From positions 1-64,000 of IMG/VR virus record IMGVR_UViG_3300036828_000568: a stretch of DNA of 64,000 bases, one strand, 5' to 3'. Below are positions 17,890-26,878 of the stretch, piece after piece. Both the position numbers and the translations under genes were made by a program. Source of the stretch: a virus. Within the stretch, counting starts at the first letter, position 1. The number at the start of each line of letters is the position of its first letter. The notes below the pieces were generated by a model. The model saw only the letters and a program-made list of their open reading frames with translations. It ran no database searches and had not been told where the DNA came from.

Positions 17890-18861
17890 AACTCGCGCGT
17901 CGTGGTACTTTCTTGTAGTATGGTTCGCTCACTTGCTGTGGTACACTCTTAGGTCGCCTGGCTCGCTCACGTCACAATGGTACTCTCGCCACTTTTGGCT
18001 CACTCCCGTTCTATGGTACTCTCCATATAGTTGGTTCGCTCTTCACCTATGGTACACTTGCTTCCGTTGGCTCGCTCTCCTGGTATGGTACTCTCCAGGT
18101 GATTGGCTCGCTCTTCTTCTATGGTACATTCTGCATTCTTGGCTCACTCACGTTTTATGGTACTCTCCGTTGGGATGGCTCACTCGTACAGGATGGTACA
18201 CTCAGTCAGGATGGCTCGCTCACTTTGTTTGGTACTCTCTGTCAATATGGCTCGCTTCATTCGTATGGTACATTCGTGCGTCATGGCTCGCTTACACTTT
18301 ATGGTACTCTTCAGGCTGTTGGCTCACTCCGCGGGTTTGGTACTCTTTGGTCTTGTGGCTCGCTTCCGTTCAATGATACACTCGACCAGGATGGCTCGCT
18401 CACCTCATATGGTACTCTAACCAGTTATGGCTCGCTCTTCGACGATGGTACACTCCCAATACGTGGCTCGCTCTCATGATATGGTACTCTTCGAAGACAT
18501 GGCTCGCTCTTGTGGGCTGGTACACTCGGTCGGGGTGGCTCGCTTCCTATGGTACACTCTATGAACATGGCTCGCTCAAGTTTCCTGGTACTCTTCCCCG
18601 CGCAGGTTCGCTCACCATTTATGGTACTCTTTCCCATAGTGGCTCACTCTTCTCGTATGGTACACTCTGGCATGTTGGTTCGCTCGCAGTCTATGGTACT
18701 CTCTGCATGGGTGGCTCGCTTTCATCATATGGTACACTCAGGTGGGGTGGCTCGCTCTGTCTTATTGGTACACTCGACGCTTATGGCTCGCTCACGCACT
18801 ATGGTACTCTCGTGTCGATTTGGCTCGCTCTCTGACTCTGGTACACTCACGCTTACTGGCT
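17890..18861 (-). ncRNA. TIGR-type dual-repeat guide-RNA array (about 27 x 36-nt units)
   Basis: minus-strand unit AGCCA-N9-AG(T/A)GTACCA-N9-AGCG; 27 AGWGTACCA-type and 26 complete AGCGAGCCA-type repeats alternating at 18-nt spacing; variable spacers; abuts Nop-domain gene. Confidence 0.9.
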
Positions 18862-19682
18862 TACCAAGTTCCCCACTCGGGCGGTGGTTCGATCTTATCG
18901 ATGTGCCCGAGGTGGGTTATTGGGAAAGGTTGTGGAGCATCTTTCCCAAACTCTAGCTTGTACCACACCTGATGCAAGTGGGACAAGAATATCTTAGTAG
19001 CGTACCGACGACTACGAGCATCTATCTGTGCAGGAGGCAATTTACCTGTAAGAAGATGCTTGCGTGTTTCCGTAGGTTTCTTATAGCGTGGCAAGAGTTC
19101 CCTAGCAGTCTGTGCGTTGCCGCCGTTTTCGTTGCGCTTGATTTCATATTCCTTGCGCACCTCATAGATCTTGCCGTAATAGCATTTGTCGTTGTTGTGG
19201 AATTTCATAAAGCATTGACCGATATGCCAGCACAATGTCTTAAGACCAGCATTCCAAGGGCGCTTTTCACCCTCGCCCCATTTGTCTGTGGGATCCAACC
19301 CGGCAAAGCGCCAGATATGCCCGGTGGAGGGGCAGACTTTGATGTCGATATGGGCGATTAATCCGGCTGATATTACTGGCCCAATCCCAAAAATGTTCTT
19401 CATACGACGGCCAATTTCTTTGCTGTCGCTATACCGGTCAAGCGCACTACGGAGGTTGCGTTCCAGTACATCGCTCTGTACTGCCAACCAGTTCAGGATT
19501 TCGTGTGGTTCTACCACTTCTTCAGTGGTCATAGACCGGATTTGGTTATCCGACCGTTTGCGCATTTCCTGCATGATGTAATAGCTATCAACAAGGAAGC
19601 GTGCTTCCCTATCTGATAGTGTTACCGCCGCTGTCCGTAAATCACGGGACAGTCGTTCTACAGATTCTATGTCCATTACCAT
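18861..19682 (-). CDS. tasA: Tas protein (TasA-type): IS110/Nop RNA-binding domain without nuclease domain
   Basis: N-terminal coiled coil (LVDSYYIMQEMRKRSDNQ); IFGIGPVISAGLIAHI...IWRFAGLDP...WNAGLKTLCW...YYGKIYE.RK...ARSRRYATKIFL; no DEDD/RuvC or HNH domain; AAGGAG RBS; adjacent dual-repeat array. Confidence 0.85.
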   Translation of the reverse strand: MVMDIESVERLSRDLRTAAVTLSDREARFLVDSYYIMQEMRKRSDNQIRSMTTEEVVEPHEILNWLAVQSDVLERNLRSALDRYSDSKEIGRRMKNIFGIGPVISAGLIAHIDIKVCPSTGHIWRFAGLDPTDKWGEGEKRPWNAGLKTLCWHIGQCFMKFHNNDKCYYGKIYEVRKEYEIKRNENGGNAQTARELLPRYKKPTETRKHLLTGKLPPAQIDARSRRYATKIFLSHLHQVWYKLEFGKDAPQPFPITHLGHIDKIEPPPEWGTW

Positions 19683-19963
19683 TCTCCTTTCATTGGAACA
19701 TATACTCCATTACGCTCTACTAATTGAACCGGGTTCATACCCGGTCCGACACTACGTTCTGCGCACGCCCGCACGCGCGGGGGTCGTTTTACCCATAATT
19801 TCCGACCAATGAACGTGCCTAGCTGGATTGTTAACACGCATATCCAAAACAGGCCCACTATGATTTGAGCTGCTAATTGAATTAGTAGCCCGATCAATAT
19901 CAGGGTTTCGCGCGCTAGTAGAACTAGCAGCACTCCCAGTATAAAAAAGAACACCAAGGTCAT
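19676..19963 (-). CDS. small membrane protein overlapping tas start
   Basis: hydrophobic N-terminal ~50 aa; AGGTG RBS. Confidence 0.6.
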   Translation of the reverse strand: MTLVFFFILGVLLVLLARETLILIGLLIQLAAQIIVGLFWICVLTIQLGTFIGRKLWVKRPPRVRACAERSVGPGMNPVQLVERNGVYVPMKGEW

Positions 19964-20178
19964 AGTATCACCTATTCGGTGCCCCCACTTTCGCAGGGGG
20001 CTCGCGGCTTAGTCAGAATCCTTTCAGGTATCTCCACTGCCACAGGAACTGTCCCACTATGGGGGCACCACGACAGGGCCTTACTGAAATCATAGGCGGA
20101 CATTCCCTAAACTGCCGGAGTTACTATAACCGCGACCACCGGCTGCGCGGTGCTCTTATCGAACTTAACCATGCCCTA

Positions 20179-20207
20179 ATTATACTTTACAGAAACAAGG
20201 AAAGCAA
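20179..20207 (-). promoter_or_regulatory. sigma70-like promoter of the tas/array unit, GTAAAG class
   Basis: minus strand TTGCTT-tccttgtttctGTAAAG-TATAAT. Confidence 0.8.
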
Positions 20208-20356
20208 TGCTCTTGTTTTATTTTGTTTTTCCGATTATTTCGTTCAGTTCTGCTAGGGTTTTGTCTGGAGAACTAACGACTGCACTGATTTTGCATTTTC
20301 CTGGGAATCGTATATCAAAATCCTTTATATGTTCTAACCATGATTGGATCAATTCA

Positions 20357-20557
20357 TCAGGAAGTTCTGTTATCGTCAGGATCTTCAACTTCTGCCTCCA
20401 CTTTTCCTGTGCCCTCACAATGAGTGCATGGTGTAATGTCTGTAATGATAAAATTATGGGAAGTGTCCATTGTTATTACTTCACCTTCACCCTTGCAACA
20501 TGGACATGTGACCTTTGGCATTATCGTCCTCCCTTCAGATGTATACTGTGATACCAT
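20357..20557 (-). CDS. small DnaJ-type Zn-finger protein
   Basis: CPCCKGEG...CTHCEGTG (CxxCxGxG x2). Confidence 0.6.
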   Translation of the reverse strand: MVSQYTSEGRTIMPKVTCPCCKGEGEVITMDTSHNFIITDITPCTHCEGTGKVEAEVEDPDDNRTS

Positions 20558-20703
20558 TCTAATTTTGAAACAGTATCACGATAGCTCTTGTTTCCTGGAA
20601 TTCCAGACAAGATTTTTAATAGCCGGTTGATTTGCATATCGGTAATACCGACCGCTCGAAATGCTTCATACATCTGTAGTGCAGTGTCATCTGATACAAC
20701 CAT
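20521..20703 (-). CDS. hypothetical protein
   Basis: AGGAGG RBS. Confidence 0.6.
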   Translation of the reverse strand: MVVSDDTALQMYEAFRAVGITDMQINRLLKILSGIPGNKSYRDTVSKLEWYHSIHLKGGR

Positions 20704-20817
20704 AGTACCTCCTATAAAGTTGGAGCCTCCCCGTTCCGCTTACCTGCGGTCTTAAAGCGTAGGGGGAGGCCCCTGGAGTGGAGAGCACGCCACTCCCGCA
20801 CAGAACCATGACAGGGG

Positions 20818-21123
20818 TCAGGAGTCCCGTGCGTTTTCTTTTTCGACCATACCACCTCCTACAGCAAATCGAGGCAGGAACCGTTTTAAAGATCCATCGA
20901 GGATATCGAGGTGGTTATGAATTCCTAGAATATCATGCATGAAATTAAAGTCACTTGCTTCTAAAAGATGCTTTAGATGCAATGGTTTGATTTCGAAGTG
21001 AACAATCCTTAATTCTGATTCTATGTATGATGATTGAACATCACGACCATACTTCTTATACATGCGCGCGGCGCGCTCAGCAATTTGTTGTATGAGGCTG
21101 TTTTCTTCCCGGATGTTTGCCAT
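20818..21123 (-). CDS. conserved phage protein (DUF6874-like)
   Basis: PLxLxxLLxASDFNFMHDILGI...FLPRF; AAGGA RBS before ATG 21123. Confidence 0.6.
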   Translation of the reverse strand: MANIREENSLIQQIAERAARMYKKYGRDVQSSYIESELRIVHFEIKPLHLKHLLEASDFNFMHDILGIHNHLDILDGSLKRFLPRFAVGGGMVEKENARDS

Positions 21124-21400
21124 CGTTGGTTCCTTAATTATGTTGCGAGCCCTGGAGTACGGGGGGCGTATTTTCCAGGGCTCGCAGCCAAACGGAGTCA
21201 GAGATGTGGGTGCTGTTCCGTTTAACCATAAAAGTTTACAGCGTTGATAACCGGATGGCAATAATCTTTTGCGGTGGGGGCTTGTAAAATGATACAACAT
21301 GTGGTACTGTCTTTTCCCCAACGGACGCAGTGCCAGGAGCCACGTCTCGTTGGCTTAGACCTCTACCTACAATCAGGAGGTCTGTTCTTCCCCTTGCCAC

Positions 21401-21673
21401 ATGCCCGATCCAGTAGAAGGCGAAATTCTTGGGCCTGAGCATGACTATAACAAAGATGACCTTTCGCCCAAAGAATTTCTCTATGCAGTTTATCGCGATA
21501 AGAAATTGCCTATGTCCGTGCGGATTGATGCGGCAAAGGCGGTCGCTGTGTATGAGCATCCTCGCCTCCAGCAAGTAGCGAGTGATGTTACGGCAGGAGT
21601 TAAACTCATAATTGAAGGTGGACTCCCACCTCTTCCGGGCACTAACATAATAATGCCAGATGTGGAGAAGTAA
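21401..21673 (+). CDS. terS: probable terminase small subunit
   Basis: SPKEFLYAVYRD...RIDAAKAVAVYEHPRL; directly upstream of terL. Confidence 0.65.
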   Translation: MPDPVEGEILGPEHDYNKDDLSPKEFLYAVYRDKKLPMSVRIDAAKAVAVYEHPRLQQVASDVTAGVKLIIEGGLPPLPGTNIIMPDVEK

Positions 21674-21820
21674 TTCCGTGGTTAATCAGACTCCCAACCT
21701 GCTCTGATCACGGTAGTTCGTAGCCCCAACTTTCCCCACCAGCCCTCCCCCCCGACCCGGCGAGTTGCTGCTACGAATACAGGGAAGCCGGGAACGCGAA
21801 CCCGGCTTCCCAACCAAAAC

Positions 21821-23122
21821 ATGACAATACAACTTCCAATCCCACTACAAGGACAAAGAATTATTAGTCTGCCTCGCTTGCATCCTGGGCAGATAGAAGC
21901 TTTCCTAATGTCTGCTCGATTTAGAGCATTGCGTTGTGGGCGACGGTGGGGGAAGACTAATTTCTTAAAAGCTGTCGCCTGTGACTTCGCAGCGAAAGGT
22001 GCCCAAGTTGGATGGTTTGTCCCTAACTACCGCTATGCCTCGGAGGCGTATAGTGAAAACGAGGTTACGCTAGAACCCGCCGTTCGAAGTTCCTCACGCA
22101 ACTTGGGCACCATTCATACAACCTCTGGTGGACGAATTGAACTCTGGACTCTTGAGGATGAAAAGGCTGGTCGTTCCCGTCGTTACCATCTGGTGATTAT
22201 TGATGAAGCCGCTTTCACTAAGCCGAATGCTATCGCCATCTGGGAGAAAGCTATTAGGCCAACGCTGCTGGACTTCCGTGGCGCTGCCATCGTTGCATCA
22301 AACACTAATGGGATCAACGAGGATAATCTTTTCTGGCGCATCTGCAATTTGTCAGAGTACGGATTCAAAGAATATCACGCACCGTCACATAACAATCCGT
22401 TCCTCCCAGCCGATGAACTCGAGCGTCTTGAGCGCGACAACCACCCCCTCGTCTATGCCCAAGAATACTTAGCAGAATTTGTCGATTGGTCAGGTGAAGC
22501 ATTCTTTAGCCTGAACAATTTGTTAACCGAAGGCAAGCCAGAACCATTTCCTCAGCGGTGTCTTTATGTTTTTGCAACGATGGATACTGCTGTTAAGACT
22601 GGTAAAGAAAATGATGGTACGGGAGTTATCTATTGGGCATATGAAAGACTTGGTGAGGAGAAGTGGTTAAAGATTATTGATTATGAATATTTGCAGATTG
22701 AAGGTTCTTTGCTTGAAACTTGGCTTCCTGTAGTTTATCAGAACTTAGAAGAATATGCGAAAAAATGTGGTTCAAGGCTAGGACACCGAGGGTGCTTTAT
22801 CGAAGACAAGGCCAGTGGGTCGATTCTGCTACAGCAAGCACGACGCCGGATGCTAGTCGTCAGCGAAATGCCGCAAAAGCTCACGCAGCTTGGAAAAGCG
22901 GAGCGAGCGATAAACGTCAGCGGGTACGTGTTCCAAGGCAAAGTCAAACTTCTGGAAACGGCGTACGATAAAGTGCTTTCATATAAGCAAGTCACAAAAA
23001 ATCATCTACTTGGGCAAGTGCTAGGGTTCCGTGTAGGTGATGTTGAAGATCGAGCAGATGATCTGTTAGATGCCTTCACATACGGTATCGCAATTAGCAT
23101 GGGAAATTGGGAGGGATTCTAA
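21821..23122 (+). CDS. terL: terminase large subunit
   Basis: CGRRWGKT Walker A, IIDEAAF Walker B, QEYLAEF, nuclease MDTA...IEDK...DDLLDA. Confidence 0.95.
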   Translation: MTIQLPIPLQGQRIISLPRLHPGQIEAFLMSARFRALRCGRRWGKTNFLKAVACDFAAKGAQVGWFVPNYRYASEAYSENEVTLEPAVRSSSRNLGTIHTTSGGRIELWTLEDEKAGRSRRYHLVIIDEAAFTKPNAIAIWEKAIRPTLLDFRGAAIVASNTNGINEDNLFWRICNLSEYGFKEYHAPSHNNPFLPADELERLERDNHPLVYAQEYLAEFVDWSGEAFFSLNNLLTEGKPEPFPQRCLYVFATMDTAVKTGKENDGTGVIYWAYERLGEEKWLKIIDYEYLQIEGSLLETWLPVVYQNLEEYAKKCGSRLGHRGCFIEDKASGSILLQQARRRMLVVSEMPQKLTQLGKAERAINVSGYVFQGKVKLLETAYDKVLSYKQVTKNHLLGQVLGFRVGDVEDRADDLLDAFTYGIAISMGNWEGF

Positions 23123-23715
23123 TGACCGCGATAACTGTAGATGAAACCTCGCGCGGACAAATTGTTGCGACAGAAAATATGTTGACGAGTATTACACTAA
23201 AGTCGGTCCCTACACAATATGGAAATGATTATATCTGTTTGGTTAATCAATTTCTGGTGCAAGATGAAGATGGTAATCCTGTTGTAGTAGAAGAAAATGT
23301 ATTGTTTAATCTTCACATTGCAACATCTCACGTGAGCGTTGACAGCAATCTCATGTCTGGTGGCAGAATGCGTTTTGCAAATCTCGTAGTTAAAGAAATT
23401 CCTCCTGGAAGTAGTTTTGAAGTTGAATACGAACCCATCCCAGCACCCCCAACTCTAACTTCGATTTCACCGGATACTGCTGTGTCCGGTGATCTTGATT
23501 TTACGCTTTCTTGTATTGGCACAGGATTTGATGCCAATACAGTTATTAGATTTGGTGATTTTGATGAACCAACAACTCTTGTTTCCGACACTGAAGTGAC
23601 AACGGTAGTGAAACCTTCGTTGTTTGCGCCAGCCACAGTTCCTGTCGTCGTACATGAGGGTCCGTTTAATACGGATCCTATTGATTTTACCTTCACAGAA
23701 CCTGTGGTGGAATAA
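23122..23715 (+). CDS. protein with C-terminal IPT/TIG Ig-like domain
   Basis: PTLTSISP...IGTGF...TTLVSDTEVT...FTFT; TAATG coupling to terL. Confidence 0.75.
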   Translation: MTAITVDETSRGQIVATENMLTSITLKSVPTQYGNDYICLVNQFLVQDEDGNPVVVEENVLFNLHIATSHVSVDSNLMSGGRMRFANLVVKEIPPGSSFEVEYEPIPAPPTLTSISPDTAVSGDLDFTLSCIGTGFDANTVIRFGDFDEPTTLVSDTEVTTVVKPSLFAPATVPVVVHEGPFNTDPIDFTFTEPVVE

Positions 23716-23716
23716 G

Positions 23717-24049
23717 ATGGTTGCCTACGTTGTTGATAGTACCAAAGTTGGAACGGCTCTGGTGTCGGCAGCCGGAGCTATAACTTCTATTACTGTTGCT
23801 GCGGTGCCAACAACTACAGATAAGGATACCCAGGTCCGTATTACAGATGGCCTTGGAGGTCGTACTTTGGTCGCAGCTACTATATCTGCATTAGCTGCTT
23901 TGTTTGAACCAAGGCCAGGAGTTCCTCTAACTCCAGGATTAACTGCTCCAACTTTTCCTAGATCATTGTTTACTGGTTCACAAGCATTTGCAAATGGTCT
24001 CTATGTTGCGAGTTGTCCAACAGGAATGTCTTTTACAGTGAATGCATAA
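23717..24049 (+). CDS. hypothetical virion-associated protein
   Basis: 110 aa beta-rich; tiles between Ig protein and portal. Confidence 0.65.
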   Translation: MVAYVVDSTKVGTALVSAAGAITSITVAAVPTTTDKDTQVRITDGLGGRTLVAATISALAALFEPRPGVPLTPGLTAPTFPRSLFTGSQAFANGLYVASCPTGMSFTVNA

Positions 24050-25573
24050 ATGACCTCTATCCCATCTGGTTCAATTGATACAACTCCTGGCAATGCTTTG
24101 CAGGAGCTTCTGGTAGCTCCCGATATTGTCCCTGGAGATGTCGTGAGCTACCAGACTTGCAAAGAAATCTACTTATATCATCCATTGGGAGCACGCATTA
24201 CCGAAGGTCCTGTAAGTCTTGCAATGTCGCAAAAGCGCGATATCAAGGTTCCAGACAGTCCCGGTGAATTATGTGTAGATGCCTTTAATGAGGAATGGAA
24301 GGCTCTTGGCTGCGATTTTCTTGTTCATAATCTACTTACTATTAGTCGGATTTATGGCGTGGCTAGTATCGCCCTATTGATTGATGGGTTGAAAAGCAAT
24401 GTGCCAATCGACTATTGGGAGTTACCTGATCTTAATGTTTCTTTCAATGTACTTGACCCTCTTAATACTGCTGGTAGTCTGGTCCTCAATCAAAATCCTA
24501 ATGCTATCGATTTTTTGAAATATACTCAGATTGCAGTTAGCGGGACTGCGTATCATCCCTCGCGTACTGTAACGGTAACGAATGAAAAGCCTATTTATCT
24601 GGGTTATACTACCTCTGCTTTTGGCTTCGTTGGGCGCTCAGCTTATCAACGCGCTTTTTATCCACTGAAATCTTACATTAAGAGTTTGATTGCTGATGAT
24701 TTGGTTGAAACGAAAGTTGGTGTCCTCGTAGCGAAGACGAAACAACCCGGTAATTTCGTCGATAATATCATGGCCTGGGCGATGGCGTTCAAGCGTGCCA
24801 TCGTAAAAGAGGCAGAAACTGGTAACGTAATCAATATTACACCTGAAGAAGACATTGAATCTCTTAATATGCAGAATTTGGAAGGCCCGCACGTTCTTGC
24901 TCGTAGAAATATCTTAGAAAATATCGCGAATGCAGTTGACATGCCCGTAAAACTCCTCACCCAGGAGTCGTTCGCAGAGGGGTTTGGGGAAGGTTCGGAG
25001 GATGCGAAGGCGGTAGCGCGATATATGGACCGACTACGGGAGGTCATGGATCCAGTATATCGGTTTCTTGATCGTATCGTAATGCACCGCGCCTGGACTC
25101 CTGCCTTCTTTAATAGTATAAAGAAACAATTTCCAGAAAAATATGATGGAATGTCTTATAAAGAAGGATTTTATGAATGGGCTAATTGTTTTCAAGCTGT
25201 GTGGCCTTCTTATTTACGTGAACCTGATTCTGACCAAGTTAAGGTTGATGATACTAAGATGAAGGCTGCTATTTCAGTTTATCAGATTTTGGAGTTTTCA
25301 CTCGATTCTGAAAATAAAGCTCGTTTAATTCAATGGATTGCAGACGCAATTACGAACAACAAGCTTTTGTATTCTAGTCCGTTAACTCTTGACTATAAGA
25401 AATTGCTGACACAATTGAAAAAAGATCAAAAAATGCGTGAACAGCAGCAAGAAATTGGCATGGAACCGGATGATCCTAGGCCAGAACTTCCAAAAGTTAA
25501 GATGGCAAGAGCAGATTCGCGTGAAAAAAGCGTAATTCATTTGCTTGAGCACCTTAGCAATGTCCCTAAGTAG
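24050..25573 (+). CDS. portal protein (DUF1073-like)
   Basis: 507 aa after terL; SRIYG, YHPSR, IANAVDMPVKLL...GEGSED motifs. Confidence 0.85.
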   Translation: MTSIPSGSIDTTPGNALQELLVAPDIVPGDVVSYQTCKEIYLYHPLGARITEGPVSLAMSQKRDIKVPDSPGELCVDAFNEEWKALGCDFLVHNLLTISRIYGVASIALLIDGLKSNVPIDYWELPDLNVSFNVLDPLNTAGSLVLNQNPNAIDFLKYTQIAVSGTAYHPSRTVTVTNEKPIYLGYTTSAFGFVGRSAYQRAFYPLKSYIKSLIADDLVETKVGVLVAKTKQPGNFVDNIMAWAMAFKRAIVKEAETGNVINITPEEDIESLNMQNLEGPHVLARRNILENIANAVDMPVKLLTQESFAEGFGEGSEDAKAVARYMDRLREVMDPVYRFLDRIVMHRAWTPAFFNSIKKQFPEKYDGMSYKEGFYEWANCFQAVWPSYLREPDSDQVKVDDTKMKAAISVYQILEFSLDSENKARLIQWIADAITNNKLLYSSPLTLDYKKLLTQLKKDQKMREQQQEIGMEPDDPRPELPKVKMARADSREKSVIHLLEHLSNVPK

Positions 25574-25844
25574 TGAAATTGGAAGATCTTTGGCTTATTT
25601 GCGGAAAAAATACAAGGTTTCTGAGCGGGATCTAGTGTCTTTAGCGAAAAAGTTGTCACAAACAGAAGAACAAGAAGAAAGTTGGGAAGAAATCACCCAA
25701 AACTATCTAAAACATAGAAAAAACAGGAAAAGGTAAGAAATTGCCTTCATAAGAAGGGGTGTGGTAAAGTAAAAATGCCCCCACTGAACAGAACTCACTT
25801 ACCTGGGGCGAATGCACCTGAAATCTTCACAAAAGGAGTATCTT

Positions 25845-26441
25845 ATGACTGGTATTCTAGCATACATCTTCCCGGTTGGTGGTGGACCGGTTGATCCTGG
25901 CTTTGGCGTGCCCGGATGGCCTGCTCATCCGATTGCGCCGGGTGGTCAGCCGCCCGGTATCTGGGGCGGCCCTGGATCGTTGCCACCGTGGGTGATGCCA
26001 CCTATTGCTCCTGGTGGTATGCCTCCGGGCATCTGGGGTGGTCGTCCACCGTCTTATGTTGATATCGGACTTCCTGGTCCGCAGCCAGTACCTGGATGGC
26101 CTCCAGTCATAATGCCACCGATCTACTATCCTCCTGGCGGTGGTGGTTCCCCTCCGGGCATTTGGGGCGGCGCTGGCTCGTTGCCGCCGTGGGTCATGCC
26201 GCCAATTTTCATCCCGATTCCTCCGGGAGAAAAGCCTCCGGAGCCCGGTAATGGCTTGACACCATCACATCCAATTGTGATCCCACCTCCGGCGGGTGGT
26301 GGTGGCGGTGATAAGCTGTTGGTGCATGTCTATATCCCGGGAGCCGGTGGAGTCTGGTTCCTAGTTGAAGGTCCACCGCCAGCTCCGACACATCCGATTG
26401 TAGAGCCGTCACCTCCGGCACAGCCGAAGCGTGGTGGGTGA
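25845..26441 (+). CDS. Pro/Gly-rich repeat protein
   Basis: AAGGAG RBS; PPGIWGG x3, MPPI x4, HPI x3. Confidence 0.8.
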   Translation: MTGILAYIFPVGGGPVDPGFGVPGWPAHPIAPGGQPPGIWGGPGSLPPWVMPPIAPGGMPPGIWGGRPPSYVDIGLPGPQPVPGWPPVIMPPIYYPPGGGGSPPGIWGGAGSLPPWVMPPIFIPIPPGEKPPEPGNGLTPSHPIVIPPPAGGGGGDKLLVHVYIPGAGGVWFLVEGPPPAPTHPIVEPSPPAQPKRGG

Positions 26442-26563
26442 GGAAGTAATATTTCGACCACAGTGAGACCTTTCCCACCTCACTGTGTAAACTCGATGGG
26501 TCACGGAACGCCCTTAATCCCGCTGCAAACGGCTATCCGTGACCCCTTTCCCCGGAGGTCAAA

Positions 26564-26878
26564 ATGCCATTGACTGAAAAGGGTGAAAAAATTAAATCTG
26601 CGATGACCAAGCAATATGGTCCCGAAAAAGGTGAACAAGTTTTCTATGCTTCCAAGAACGCAGGGCGAATTACCGGGGTAGATGATTTTCAACATATGGG
26701 GTTCACTGGTGGTGAAGCCAAACCGATTAAGGATTTGATTTCTGAATGTGATGCGCTTGCAACCCGGTTAGATGCTTTTGAAAAACGCAAATCAATGCGT
26801 AAGCCTGAACAAGTTAAGCCGAGGACCAAAGACAATATGCAGCCATCTATGCCCCACCCTAAGGAACCGGGTGGATGA
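26564..26878 (+). CDS. conserved phage hypothetical protein
   Basis: GGAGG RBS; MPLTEKGEKI...YG.EKGEQVFYASKNAG. Confidence 0.75.
   Translation: MPLTEKGEKIKSAMTKQYGPEKGEQVFYASKNAGRITGVDDFQHMGFTGGEAKPIKDLISECDALATRLDAFEKRKSMRKPEQVKPRTKDNMQPSMPHPKEPGG

Noticed and set aside
17890-18861. CRISPR array
   Set aside because: Repeats are 9 nt and of two alternating kinds, spacers are 9 nt, and there are no cas genes.
17744-18972. ORFs over the array (GTL...GSL, WY...WL repeat proteins)
   Set aside because: The 18-nt period keeps frames open on both strands. Stops and non-triplet indels break them, and the array has no clear RBS-linked start.
18861-19682. IS110/IS116 transposase (mobile element)
   Set aside because: Only the C-terminal Nop-like part is present. 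There is no DEDD domain, no catalytic Ser loop and no element ends, and the gene sits in a phage operon with a guide-like array.
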